Notes: generated from the sequence alone by a model not told the origin. A stretch of DNA of 29,213 bases from an uncultured Deferribacteres bacterium (GCA_964014485.1 CAXHAT010000092.1:1-29213), one strand, 5' to 3'. Positions 7,294-15,821 are shown, numbered from the stretch's first letter. Made by a program: numbers and translations.

Positions 7294-9723
7294 ATGTTGA
7301 AAAGCTTTTTAAGAATCGCTTTCAGGAATTTGCTAAATCCTTCCCGCGCCGGCTACACGCTCATCAATGTCGTTGGTCTCGCCGTCGGGATGGCAAGCTG
7401 CGTGCTTATTTTGCTTTACGTGCAGGACGAATTGAGCTATGACCGCTACCACGAAAAAGCGGATCGTATCTACCGGGTGACATTGCACGGTGTATTGGCG
7501 GGAAACCCGATTGACATTGTGAACACATCAGCGCCGATGGCGGCGACACTAAAAGCGGATTACCCGGAAGTTGAAGCGTCAACGCGCCTGTTTAAATTCT
7601 TTCGTTCAGTGCTCATCAGCCGCGAAGACAAAGCCTTCAATGAGGAGCTTCTTTTTTACGCCGACTCAAGCTATTTCGATGTTTTCTCATTGCCGCTGCT
7701 TCAGGGAGAACAAAAAACGGCGCTCAACCAGCCGAATTCGATGGTGATCACTGAAGACATCGCCGGAAAATATTTCGGCAAGGAACCTGCCGTTGGAAAG
7801 ACGCTCACCATAAACAACGGCGGCACACTCACGGATTATCGCGTCACCGGCGTTTGTGAAAACATTCCCGCAAATTCGCATTTTCACTTTGATTTTCTGG
7901 CTTCGATGACGAGCCTGAACATGAGCCGCAGCACGCGCTGGATTAGCAACAACAATCTCACTTACATTGCCCTGCGAGAAGGCGCCAACGCCGGAGCATT
8001 GGAAACAAAACTCCCGAAAATCGTGCAAAAATACATCGCGCCGCAAATCAAAACGGCGATGGGGTTTAGCTACGACGAATTTCGTGCAAGCGGCGGCGAG
8101 TACGGCTTTCGCCTGCAAAAACTTACCGACATTCATCTCTATTCTAATTTGGACGGGGAAATTGAAGCGAACGGCAATGCGGCCTATATCGTTATTTTTT
8201 CAATCATCGCCGCGTTCATTCTTTTGCTGGCTTGCGTCAATTTCATGAACCTGGCCACGGCGCGATCCGCAGGGCGGGCGAAAGAGGTCGGTGTTCGAAA
8301 AGCCGTCGGTTCGCAAAAAAAGCAGCTTATCCACCAATTTCTGCTGGAAGCGTTTGTACTCAGCGGAACGGCGCTGGTTTTGGCCGTTCTCCTTGCGGCG
8401 ATTGCATTGCCGGTTTTCAATAATTTGGCGGCGAAACAGCTGTCAGCTGACTATTTAACCAACCCAACCTTAATCATTGGCTTGCTCGCCATTACAATTG
8501 GCGTTGGCTTGGCGGCCGGAGCATACCCGGCGTTTTTTCTCGCTTCCTTCAAGCCGGTCGAAGTGTTGAAAGGCAAGCTTAAAATGGGCGCAAAGAGCGG
8601 CTGGCTGCGCAGCTCACTCGTGGTTTTTCAATTCAGCATCTCCATGATATTGCTCATCGGCACGTTTACTGTCAAAAGCCAACTGCAATACATCGGAGAA
8701 AAAGAATTGGGCTTTGACAAAGAGCAGGTCATCATCATCGACCGCGCCAATTCGATTGGCAACCGCCTGGACGCTTTTGAAAATGCGGTCGCGCAATTGC
8801 CGGAAGCGACGTTAGCGGCGAGGAGCATCCACTTGCCCGGTCGTGGAGAAAACGGCAATGTTTATGTCGCGCAGGACGCGCCGGTACGGGAAGGCTATCT
8901 GATGAACGAATTGATGGTCGGCTATGATTTTGTGGAAACCCTGAGCATGGGACTGATGAAAGGTCGGGCTTTTTCACGAGATTACGGTACCGACAGCCTG
9001 GCGATTCTTGTGAATGAAGCGGCCGTGCGAGAATTTGGCTGGGACGAGCCTTTGGGCAAAACCATGACCCAGCCCGATGAAGGCGGTCAATCCGTTACTT
9101 TTCACGTTATCGGCGTGGTGAAAGATTTTCACTACAGATCGCTGCATAATCAAATTCGCCCCGCAGTAATGGTCTTAAATCCTTCCGCGCGTTTTGTTGC
9201 GGTAAAAGTTAAACCCGGAGAGGCGAAAAACGCCGTCGCAGCTTTGCAAAATGTCTGGCAGGATTTCGCGCCGAACGAGCCGTTTCAATATTCTTTTTTC
9301 GACGATGATTTTGACAAAATGTATCGCGCGGATCAACGCGTCGGGCAGGTTTTTGGCGTGTTTGCCGGATTGGGCGTTTTTATCGCGTGCCTGGGTTTGT
9401 TTGGATTGGCCTCTTTTTCCAGCGAGCAGCGCACGAAAGAAATCGGCGTGCGCAAAGTGCTGGGCGCTTCAGTCGCAAGCATTTTCATCTTGATGGCAAG
9501 AGAGTTTACGCGGCTGGTCGCTGTCGCCTGGATTATCTCAGCGGCGGTTGGCTTTTTCGCGATGCAGAGCTGGTTGAACAGCTTTGCTTATCGTACCTCG
9601 CTTTCTCCAACAATCTTTCTGCTCGCCGGAGCTCTGGCCTTGGGGATTGCCATTCTCACCGTAAGCTGGCAATCCGCAAAAGCCGCCTTAAAACAACCGG
9701 CACAGGCATTGAAGTATGAGTGA
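7294..9723 (+). CDS. ABC transporter permease, duplicated MacB-PCD/FtsX type (~800 aa)
   Basis: MLKSFLRIAFRNL, DELSYDRYH...RIYRV, ACVNFMNLATARS..RAKEVGVRK, QRTKEIGVRKVLGAS and the C-terminal ALKYE. Confidence 0.95.
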   Translation: MLKSFLRIAFRNLLNPSRAGYTLINVVGLAVGMASCVLILLYVQDELSYDRYHEKADRIYRVTLHGVLAGNPIDIVNTSAPMAATLKADYPEVEASTRLFKFFRSVLISREDKAFNEELLFYADSSYFDVFSLPLLQGEQKTALNQPNSMVITEDIAGKYFGKEPAVGKTLTINNGGTLTDYRVTGVCENIPANSHFHFDFLASMTSLNMSRSTRWISNNNLTYIALREGANAGALETKLPKIVQKYIAPQIKTAMGFSYDEFRASGGEYGFRLQKLTDIHLYSNLDGEIEANGNAAYIVIFSIIAAFILLLACVNFMNLATARSAGRAKEVGVRKAVGSQKKQLIHQFLLEAFVLSGTALVLAVLLAAIALPVFNNLAAKQLSADYLTNPTLIIGLLAITIGVGLAAGAYPAFFLASFKPVEVLKGKLKMGAKSGWLRSSLVVFQFSISMILLIGTFTVKSQLQYIGEKELGFDKEQVIIIDRANSIGNRLDAFENAVAQLPEATLAARSIHLPGRGENGNVYVAQDAPVREGYLMNELMVGYDFVETLSMGLMKGRAFSRDYGTDSLAILVNEAAVREFGWDEPLGKTMTQPDEGGQSVTFHVIGVVKDFHYRSLHNQIRPAVMVLNPSARFVAVKVKPGEAKNAVAALQNVWQDFAPNEPFQYSFFDDDFDKMYRADQRVGQVFGVFAGLGVFIACLGLFGLASFSSEQRTKEIGVRKVLGASVASIFILMAREFTRLVAVAWIISAAVGFFAMQSWLNSFAYRTSLSPTIFLLAGALALGIAILTVSWQSAKAALKQPAQALKYE

Positions 9724-9773
9724 TGGTAAGGGCTGCTAAAATTTATTACCCTTAGCATGGCGCGCTACATTTT

Positions 9774-9801
9774 GTAGGGGTTCAAGATTTTGACCCCCTA
9801 C
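9774..9801. repeat. GTAG-type REP-like palindrome (a degenerate neighbour lies at 9726-9755)
   Basis: GTAGGGGTTCAAGATTTTGACCCCCTAC, with GTAAGGG...CCCTTAG immediately upstream. It lies between convergent genes. Confidence 0.7.
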
Positions 9802-9868
9802 GCACCAATGTCGTTCGTCCGGGTGCAATATTTGGGGAAGCCCTTGTTGTTCGGCATTCGAATTTGAA

Positions 9869-12016
9869 TCACATCTTCGGCTTCGTCTTGTTCTTCCCCG
9901 CTAAATCCAGCAGAAAAGCATAATTGAAGGCGATTTCACGGTAACGTCTGAATCGTCCCGAAGCGCCGCCGTGCCCGGCTTCCATGTTTGTTTTGAGCAG
10001 CAGACGGTTATTGTCGGTTTTCATGGTTCGCAATTTCGCCACCCATTTTGCAGGTTCCCAATACTGCACCTGCGAGTCGTGTAATCCCGTCGTAACCAAC
10101 AAATTGGGATAAGCTTTCGCTTCAACCTGATCGTAGGGCGAATAGGAAAGCATATATTCGTAATAGTCTTTTTCGTTAGGATTGCCCCACTCGTCGTACT
10201 CGTTGGTCGTCAGCGGGATGCTGTCGTCAAGCATCGTTGTCACAACGTCTACGAACGGCACCGCCGCGATGGCGCCGTTGAACAGATCGGGAGCCATGTT
10301 AATGACGGCGCCGATCAGCAGGCCGCCTGCGCTGCCGCCGTAGCAGAACATCTTTTCCGGGCTGGTGTATTTCTCTTCAACCAGAAACTTCCCGCTGTCA
10401 ATGAAATCGGTAAAAGTGTTTTTCTTTTTGAAAAGCTTGCCGTTGTCATACCACTCCCGCCCCATTTCCTGACCGCCGCGAATGTGCGCAATTGCCCAAA
10501 TAAAGCCGCGATCCAACAGACTCAGACGCGAGGCGTTAAACGAAGCATTCGTGCTTGAGCCGTACGATCCGTAGCCGTAAAGCAGCAGCGGATTCGTACC
10601 GTCCTTTTTCAAACCCTTACGATAAACGATTGAAATCGGCACGCGCACCCCGTCCCGCGCTTTGGCGTAGAGGCGTTCGGTCACGTAGTTGCCGGAGTCG
10701 AAATCGCCGAGGACTTCGTTTTGCTTGAGCAGTTTTTTGGCGCGCTTTTTCATGTCGTAATCGAAAATCGAATTCGGCGTGGTCATCGATGTGTACCCGT
10801 AGCGCAAGGTCGTGGTGTTAAAATCGGGGTTTGTGCTGAGGTAGCTCAAATAAGCCGGTTCGCCAAAGTCGATTTGATGATCGTCCTTGCCGTCCCAGGA
10901 TTTGATGCGAATATTCGTCAGGCCGTTCTCGCGTTCCGAGAGCACAAGATAGTCATTGAACATTTCAAAGCCGGAAAGATAAACGTCGTCGCGGTGCGGA
11001 ATCACCTCCGTCCAGTTTTCTTCCGCCGTTTTCGTCACAGGCGTTTTCATCAAGCGGAAATTTTTGGCGTTGCGATTCGTGATGATATAGAAATGATCGC
11101 CGTAGTGATCGATGTTGTACTCGTGGTTGCGTTCGCGCTCGCCGAAGAGCGTGAATTCGCCGTCTGGCTTGTCCGCATTGAGATAGCGAAATTCGTTGCT
11201 CAAAGTTTGGGATGAGCCGATCATGATGAACTTTTTCGATTTTGTCCGCCAGACAAAGCACCGAAAAGTCTCGTCTTTTTCTTCGTAAATCAACTCATCG
11301 TTAGCTGGATCAGAGCCGAGCGTGTGACGATAGATTTGGTATGACCGCAGCGTCGTCAAGTCTTGTTTGCTGTAAAAAAGCGTCTTGTTGTCGTTGCCCC
11401 AAGCCATGTTGCCGGTGACCGACTCAATCTTGTCTGGCAAAATCTCGCCCGTTTCAAGGTTCTTGAACTCGAGGTTGTAGATGCGCCGCCCTTTCGTATC
11501 CACCGCGTAGGCCAAAATGTTGTTCTTGGCGCTCACCGCCCGCCCGCGTACGGCAAAAAAATCGTGGCCTTCCGCCATCTGGTTCACGTCCAGCATCACC
11601 TCTTCCGCAGCTTCGAGCGAGCCTTTTTTTCGGCAATAGATTGGATATTCTTTGCCTTCTTCAAAACGCGTGTAATAAAAATAGCCGTCTTGTCTATACG
11701 GCACGGAAGAGTCGTCTTCTTTGATTCTGCCTTTGATTTCCTGGAAAATCTCTTCCTGCAAATCCTTCATATGCGCGGACATTTTATCGGTATACTCGTT
11801 TTCCGCGTTCAGGTAATCGATCACTTCCTGATTTTCGCGTTCTTTCAACCAATAGTAATTGTCGGTTCGCACATCGCCGTGAATCTCAAGTTTTTTCGGT
11901 TTTACGGCAGCTTTCGGCGGCTTGTGGTCAGCGCCGTTTTTCTGCGCAAAGCAGGCGTTTGCAACAAAAAACACAGATAGAATTGCAAGTCCGCAGCGAC
12001 CTAGTAACGAAATCAT
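9869..12016 (-). CDS. ptrB: Oligopeptidase B / protease II (S9A) with an N-terminal signal peptide
   Basis: HGDVRTDNYYWL, YGYGSYG, catalytic GGSAGG, HDSQV and AGHGG. ATG 12016 has a GAGGAGG SD and a signal-like LAILSVFFVANACFA. Confidence 0.95.
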   Translation of the reverse strand: MISLLGRCGLAILSVFFVANACFAQKNGADHKPPKAAVKPKKLEIHGDVRTDNYYWLKERENQEVIDYLNAENEYTDKMSAHMKDLQEEIFQEIKGRIKEDDSSVPYRQDGYFYYTRFEEGKEYPIYCRKKGSLEAAEEVMLDVNQMAEGHDFFAVRGRAVSAKNNILAYAVDTKGRRIYNLEFKNLETGEILPDKIESVTGNMAWGNDNKTLFYSKQDLTTLRSYQIYRHTLGSDPANDELIYEEKDETFRCFVWRTKSKKFIMIGSSQTLSNEFRYLNADKPDGEFTLFGERERNHEYNIDHYGDHFYIITNRNAKNFRLMKTPVTKTAEENWTEVIPHRDDVYLSGFEMFNDYLVLSERENGLTNIRIKSWDGKDDHQIDFGEPAYLSYLSTNPDFNTTTLRYGYTSMTTPNSIFDYDMKKRAKKLLKQNEVLGDFDSGNYVTERLYAKARDGVRVPISIVYRKGLKKDGTNPLLLYGYGSYGSSTNASFNASRLSLLDRGFIWAIAHIRGGQEMGREWYDNGKLFKKKNTFTDFIDSGKFLVEEKYTSPEKMFCYGGSAGGLLIGAVINMAPDLFNGAIAAVPFVDVVTTMLDDSIPLTTNEYDEWGNPNEKDYYEYMLSYSPYDQVEAKAYPNLLVTTGLHDSQVQYWEPAKWVAKLRTMKTDNNRLLLKTNMEAGHGGASGRFRRYREIAFNYAFLLDLAGKNKTKPKM

Positions 12017-12212
12017 TTCGACCTCCTCAAAATGCATATTTTTATGAGTTACTCGATTGAATTTAAGACACTGTTTTCGGTAAAACGTTTCACATCCGGC
12101 AAGGCTTGTGGACTGAGCGTTTCATTTGTCTCTTTCTTTTTTTATTCGTCAGTCCTTGCGCTAAATTCAAGTCGCAACAAACGAATTCAAGCCTAAAATG
12201 AAGGGAAATTAT

Positions 12213-13352
12213 ATGTCGGAGATTTGGACGTCTGTGCAGGAAAGCATGGCCTACGTTCTGTTCACGCTTAACGATGCGCCAATCACGCTTTTTTCTCTGA
12301 CTATGGCGCTGATTATAATCGGCGTTTTTCTGTTTTTCTCACGTTTAGCCCGGCGCGGCGTGCAGAAATTGCTGCCAAAGATCAAAGTCGACAATCACTC
12401 AACAATTGTCGCTTCTCGAATCGTTCAGGCAGTTGTTTTTTTCTCGGGGTTCGTGCTCGCGCTCGATTTTGTCGGCCTGCCGATTTCGGGATTCAGCAAA
12501 GTGCTGACTTTTGAGCTTTTCCGCCTTAATGAAGTTTCCGTCTCGCTTTCCTCTTTGCTGACATTCATCGCGTTGGTCGGCTTTTTTATCATTTTGGCAA
12601 AAGCAGCAAGCCGGACGCTGGTCAAAGTCATGTCCGAGACGCAGGTCGAGCAAGGCACGAATTATGTTCTCGGGCGCATCACCCAATACATCGTCGTGCT
12701 CATTGGACTGGGGTTCGCTTTTCAGTTTATCGGCATTAACCTGAGCGGGCTGGCAGTGATTTTCGGTTTTCTATCCGTTGGTATTGGTTTCGGTCTGCAA
12801 AACATCACCTCAAATTTTATTTCGGGGCTGATCCTGCTTTTCGAAAGACCGATCAAAGTCGGCGACCGCGTCACTGTCGGCGATACGGACGGCGACGTTT
12901 TGGAAATTAACATTCGTTCGACCACCGTCCGGACGTTGAATAACATTTCGATTATTGTTCCGAACTCGGAATTCATTTCTTCAAACGTTATCAACTGGTC
13001 GCACGGCGATCTAAAAATCAGGCTGGATATTCCGATCGGCGTATCATATGATTCAGATTTGGATCTAGTCCTGAAATCTCTTGAAGAAGTCGCTGACGCC
13101 GATGAGGAAGTGATGAAGAAACCCGCTCCGGAGATTCTTTTCGAAGAATTTGGCGATTCGTCCTGGAATCTCAATTTGCGCATTTGGATTCGCAACCCCA
13201 AACGCCATCAGCAAGTGCGTTCCAACATCAATTGCGCCATTGTGCGCAAATTCCGGGAGCATGACATTGAAATTCCTTTCCCGCAGCGCGATCTGCACGT
13301 CCGTTCGCCGCTTCCGGTTCCTTTAAGCAGCCTGACAAAAAACGCCAATTGA
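12213..13352 (+). CDS. Small-conductance mechanosensitive channel (MscS family) with a duplicated N-terminal TM module
   Basis: GIGFGLQNITSNFISGLILLFERPIKVGD, IIVPNSEF, FEEFGDSS and IEIPFPQRDLH. The start is at 12213 (AAGGGA SD) or 12198. Confidence 0.93.
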   Translation: MSEIWTSVQESMAYVLFTLNDAPITLFSLTMALIIIGVFLFFSRLARRGVQKLLPKIKVDNHSTIVASRIVQAVVFFSGFVLALDFVGLPISGFSKVLTFELFRLNEVSVSLSSLLTFIALVGFFIILAKAASRTLVKVMSETQVEQGTNYVLGRITQYIVVLIGLGFAFQFIGINLSGLAVIFGFLSVGIGFGLQNITSNFISGLILLFERPIKVGDRVTVGDTDGDVLEINIRSTTVRTLNNISIIVPNSEFISSNVINWSHGDLKIRLDIPIGVSYDSDLDLVLKSLEEVADADEEVMKKPAPEILFEEFGDSSWNLNLRIWIRNPKRHQQVRSNINCAIVRKFREHDIEIPFPQRDLHVRSPLPVPLSSLTKNAN

Positions 13353-13358
13353 CAACGG

Positions 13359-14078
13359 TCAGTCTGACAAATAATACTCAACCGTCGAAACAACCCGCAC
13401 TTTCTTAATGTGTGGATTGTTTCTGTCTCTGTCGGTGATGCTGAACTGACCCTGCGATGCGCGTTTGATTTTCCCCAATTTGCTTTGAGAGTCCGATGCG
13501 AATTTTTCAGCAACTTCCCGCGCCTTTCTCGTGGCCTCCTCGATCATTTCCGGCTTGACCTCATTCAGTCTGGTGAAAAGATATTCGGTTCGCGCCTGAT
13601 AATCGCCGCCGGTGAAAACGATCCCCTGCTTGCCCAGCTCGGACAACGAACTCATCACAGATCGCACCGTCGCAATATTTTTTGAATAGACGGTCACGGT
13701 TTGCAGTGCGGTGTAGCGAAATTCCGCTCTGGGGCCGCCGCCATATTGCTGCGCGGACTTGTCCGTAATCGCTGGAGAAGCGTAGGTCACTTCTTCGGAA
13801 TTAACGCCGTTATCGCCAAGAAACGCTCTGATCTTCGAGGTGTTTTTTTCAATGGAATCATACAAGCTCCCCAAGTCGTTCCCGGCAGCAGTGAATTGAA
13901 TTGGCCAGATCACAATATCCGCTTCGAATTCTCGCTCGGACAGTCCTTTTACCCTGACGCTTCGTTCATACTGCTTAAATTCAATCGCCGAATTCCCCAA
14001 AAGATAACCCAGCGTCGCCAACCCCAAAAACACAAAGCCTCCCATAATCAAGGCGTTTGTTTTGCTATTTTCAGACAC
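13359..14078 (-). CDS. SIMPL (DUF541) domain protein
   Basis: N-terminal TM helix, RSVRVKGLSERE..AD...WP, EATRKAREVAEKFA.DS..KLGKIKRASQGQFSI and KKVRVVSTVEY. GTG start with an AAGGAG SD. Confidence 0.9.
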   Translation of the reverse strand: MSENSKTNALIMGGFVFLGLATLGYLLGNSAIEFKQYERSVRVKGLSEREFEADIVIWPIQFTAAGNDLGSLYDSIEKNTSKIRAFLGDNGVNSEEVTYASPAITDKSAQQYGGGPRAEFRYTALQTVTVYSKNIATVRSVMSSLSELGKQGIVFTGGDYQARTEYLFTRLNEVKPEMIEEATRKAREVAEKFASDSQSKLGKIKRASQGQFSITDRDRNNPHIKKVRVVSTVEYYLSD

Positions 14079-14098
14079 GTTTTCTCCTTAAAATTTCA

Positions 14099-14295
14099 CT
14101 ACATGACACTTTTTGTATAGACTTCTAAAGCTGGCGAAAAAGGCCGGATTTGTCATGCTGGAAGCATCTTTTCTGCTCCAACCCTTGAACTGTTGAGCAT
14201 GATCTGCACTGGGCGATAACAAAGATTCCTGCAGAACGACAAGACCGGGCCCTTCGGCGGCTCGAAAATGCAGTTTACAAAAAAGTGTCAGGTAG
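14099..14295. repeat. ~197-bp imperfect palindromic element (MITE/REP-like or structured RNA)
   Basis: Arms of ~75 nt are complementary: CTACATGACACTTTTTGTA...GCCGGATTTGTCATGCTGGAAGCATCTTT versus the reverse complement CTACCTGACACTTTTTTGTA...CCCGGTCTTGTCGTTCTGCAGGAATCTTT. A second copy lies at 46-183. Confidence 0.85.
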
Positions 14296-14454
14296 AGAGC
14301 TTGAAATAAAACTGATAAACTTTTCAAGTTTGTATTTGAATAAACGTTTTATAGTTCTTTCGCAAAAGATAAAACTTGAAAATTTTTCGGCGCGGGGAAA
14401 TGCTGGCAGCAAATTTACAATTGCAGGAAGGACGCAAAGAATGGAAAGTTTTAT

Positions 14455-14491
14455 GGCGTTCAAATGCTGTAGGCGTCAGAATTTGAACGCC
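14455..14491 (-). terminator. Hairpin downstream of the small Cys-rich ORF (probable end of the molybdoenzyme operon)
   Basis: GGCGTTCAAAT (14455-14465) and ATTTGAACGCC (14481-14491) form a perfect 11-bp stem just past the stop at 14505. Confidence 0.5.
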
Positions 14492-14504
14492 GTCACTTTG
14501 TATT

Positions 14505-14747
14505 TTAGGCGAGTGCAATCGGCTTTTGCGCTTCAAAGCAGGCACGTTTGCTGTCGCAAGCGTCGAGGCAGACGATGTCATCGTCAGGGCCGATCTCCAT
14601 CAGGGTTTTGATGCAAAAGCACGGGGTGTATGGTTCGATTTCCTGCATAAAATAATCATCTCGCAGCGCCGGGACAAAATTCGCCCGTGTACGAATGTTT
14701 TTGCAAATCGGTTCGTTCGGGTTAACAGGGTTTTTTATGTATGACAT
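14505..14747 (-). CDS. Small cysteine-rich hypothetical protein (80 aa, 6 Cys)
   Basis: AAGAGG SD 7 nt before the ATG. Co-directional with and just downstream of the molybdoenzyme genes, and followed by a hairpin. Cys at 15, 43, 45, 60, 64 and 70 around a GPD motif. Confidence 0.75.
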   Translation of the reverse strand: MSYIKNPVNPNEPICKNIRTRANFVPALRDDYFMQEIEPYTPCFCIKTLMEIGPDDDIVCLDACDSKRACFEAQKPIALA

Positions 14748-14766
14748 GGCATCGCCTCTTTATAAT

Positions 14767-14828
14767 TCAGAATAATTGAAGTCAAAATGATAAATCCTAA
14801 TTATTCTGATTCAAATCATTTTGACTTC
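14767..14828 (-). promoter_or_regulatory. Two interleaved perfect inverted repeats (11 bp and 14 bp) in the intercistronic spacer
   Basis: TCAGAATAATT(14767-77)/AATTATTCTGA(14799-809) and GAAGTCAAAATGAT(14778-91)/ATCATTTTGACTTC(14815-28). The repeats are read directly; a regulatory function is inferred. Confidence 0.55.
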
Positions 14829-14841
14829 GCAACTACCACAT

Positions 14842-15819
14842 TTAGCCTATAGCCAGCTTTTCCAGCGCGCGTTTGATCAGGTTTTTGGTGAGTTGGATTT
14901 TGTAGCCGTTTTGCGACAAAGGTTCGGCGCTGGCAACAGCCGCCGAGGCCGCTTTTTCGACCGCCGCCGAACTCAATTCCTTGCCGTTCAATTCCGCGTC
15001 CGCTTCTTCCGCCGCCCAGGGAATCGGCGCGACGCCGCCAAGCACGATTTTGGCCTGCTTGACGCGCGCCCCATCCATCTGCAGCACCGCCGCCACGCTG
15101 CTCACGGCAAAATCCAGCGATTGTTTTTCGCGGAATTTTACGTAAGTCGAGCGCGTCCCTTTCGGCTGCTCCGGGACTTTGATTTTGGTGATGAATTGAT
15201 TGGCGCGCAAAATATTTTCGCGCCTTAAATTGTCTTCCGGCAGTTCGAAAAATTCATCCAAACCGTAATCTTCCGCACCAGAGGCGCCCATGACTTCAAC
15301 GCTAGCGCCCAAAGCTTGTAGCGCCGGAGCGGAGTCTGACGGATGCACAATGTAGCTCGGCCCGCCGCCGAAAATGGCGTGGTACTTGTTCAAGCCTTCC
15401 GCCGCGTAGCATTTCGGTCCGCCTTTTTTCAAGCAATCATATTCCAGCCCCCGATAATACCAGCAACGCGGACGCTGGCAAAGATTGCCGCCAATCGTGC
15501 CCATGTTGCGCAACTGTGGCGTGGCGATGGAAAACGCCGCTTCCGCCAGTACGGGATACTTTTCGCGAACGCTTTTGTGTTCCGCGATTTCCGCAATCGT
15601 TGTCAAGGCGCCGATCTCCAGGCCCTTGCCGTTTTTAACGCCGTCCATCCCTTTGATTTCCTTGATGTTGATAACGCGCTGCGGTCGGTCGATCCGTTCT
15701 TTCAAACGGTCGAGCAAGTCGGTGCCGCCCGCGAGAATGACCGCTTCGCCCCATTTTCTGCTTAACAGCCCCGGCACGTCCTGCAACGTTTTCGGGGTGA
15801 CATATTCAAAATTGACCAT
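14842..15819 (-). CDS. Xanthine dehydrogenase family FAD-binding subunit, PaoB/YagS type with a [4Fe-4S] insertion
   Basis: AGGTDLL, ATPQLRNMGTIGGNL, CQRPRCWYYR...CLKKGGPKCYA (4 Cys), HPSD and LGGVAPIPW. Confidence 0.93.
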   Translation of the reverse strand: MVNFEYVTPKTLQDVPGLLSRKWGEAVILAGGTDLLDRLKERIDRPQRVINIKEIKGMDGVKNGKGLEIGALTTIAEIAEHKSVREKYPVLAEAAFSIATPQLRNMGTIGGNLCQRPRCWYYRGLEYDCLKKGGPKCYAAEGLNKYHAIFGGGPSYIVHPSDSAPALQALGASVEVMGASGAEDYGLDEFFELPEDNLRRENILRANQFITKIKVPEQPKGTRSTYVKFREKQSLDFAVSSVAAVLQMDGARVKQAKIVLGGVAPIPWAAEEADAELNGKELSSAAVEKAASAAVASAEPLSQNGYKIQLTKNLIKRALEKLAIG

Positions 15820-15821
15820 GA

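Noticed and set aside
7294..9723. ABC permease without an adjacent ATPase as a sign of a broken system
   Set aside because: Stand-alone paralogues of this ~800-aa permease family are common, and the ORF is intact.
14088..14327. 79-aa minus-strand ORF whose translation resembles a reading frame at ~50-190
   Set aside because: The similarity comes from the DNA palindromic element; the equivalent frame in the other copy contains stop codons.
14400..14460. GGACGCAAAG segment reminiscent of a c-di-GMP-I riboswitch
   Set aside because: The P1/P2 pairing, GNRA tetraloop and receptor are not present, and it is not oriented as the leader of a plus-strand gene.
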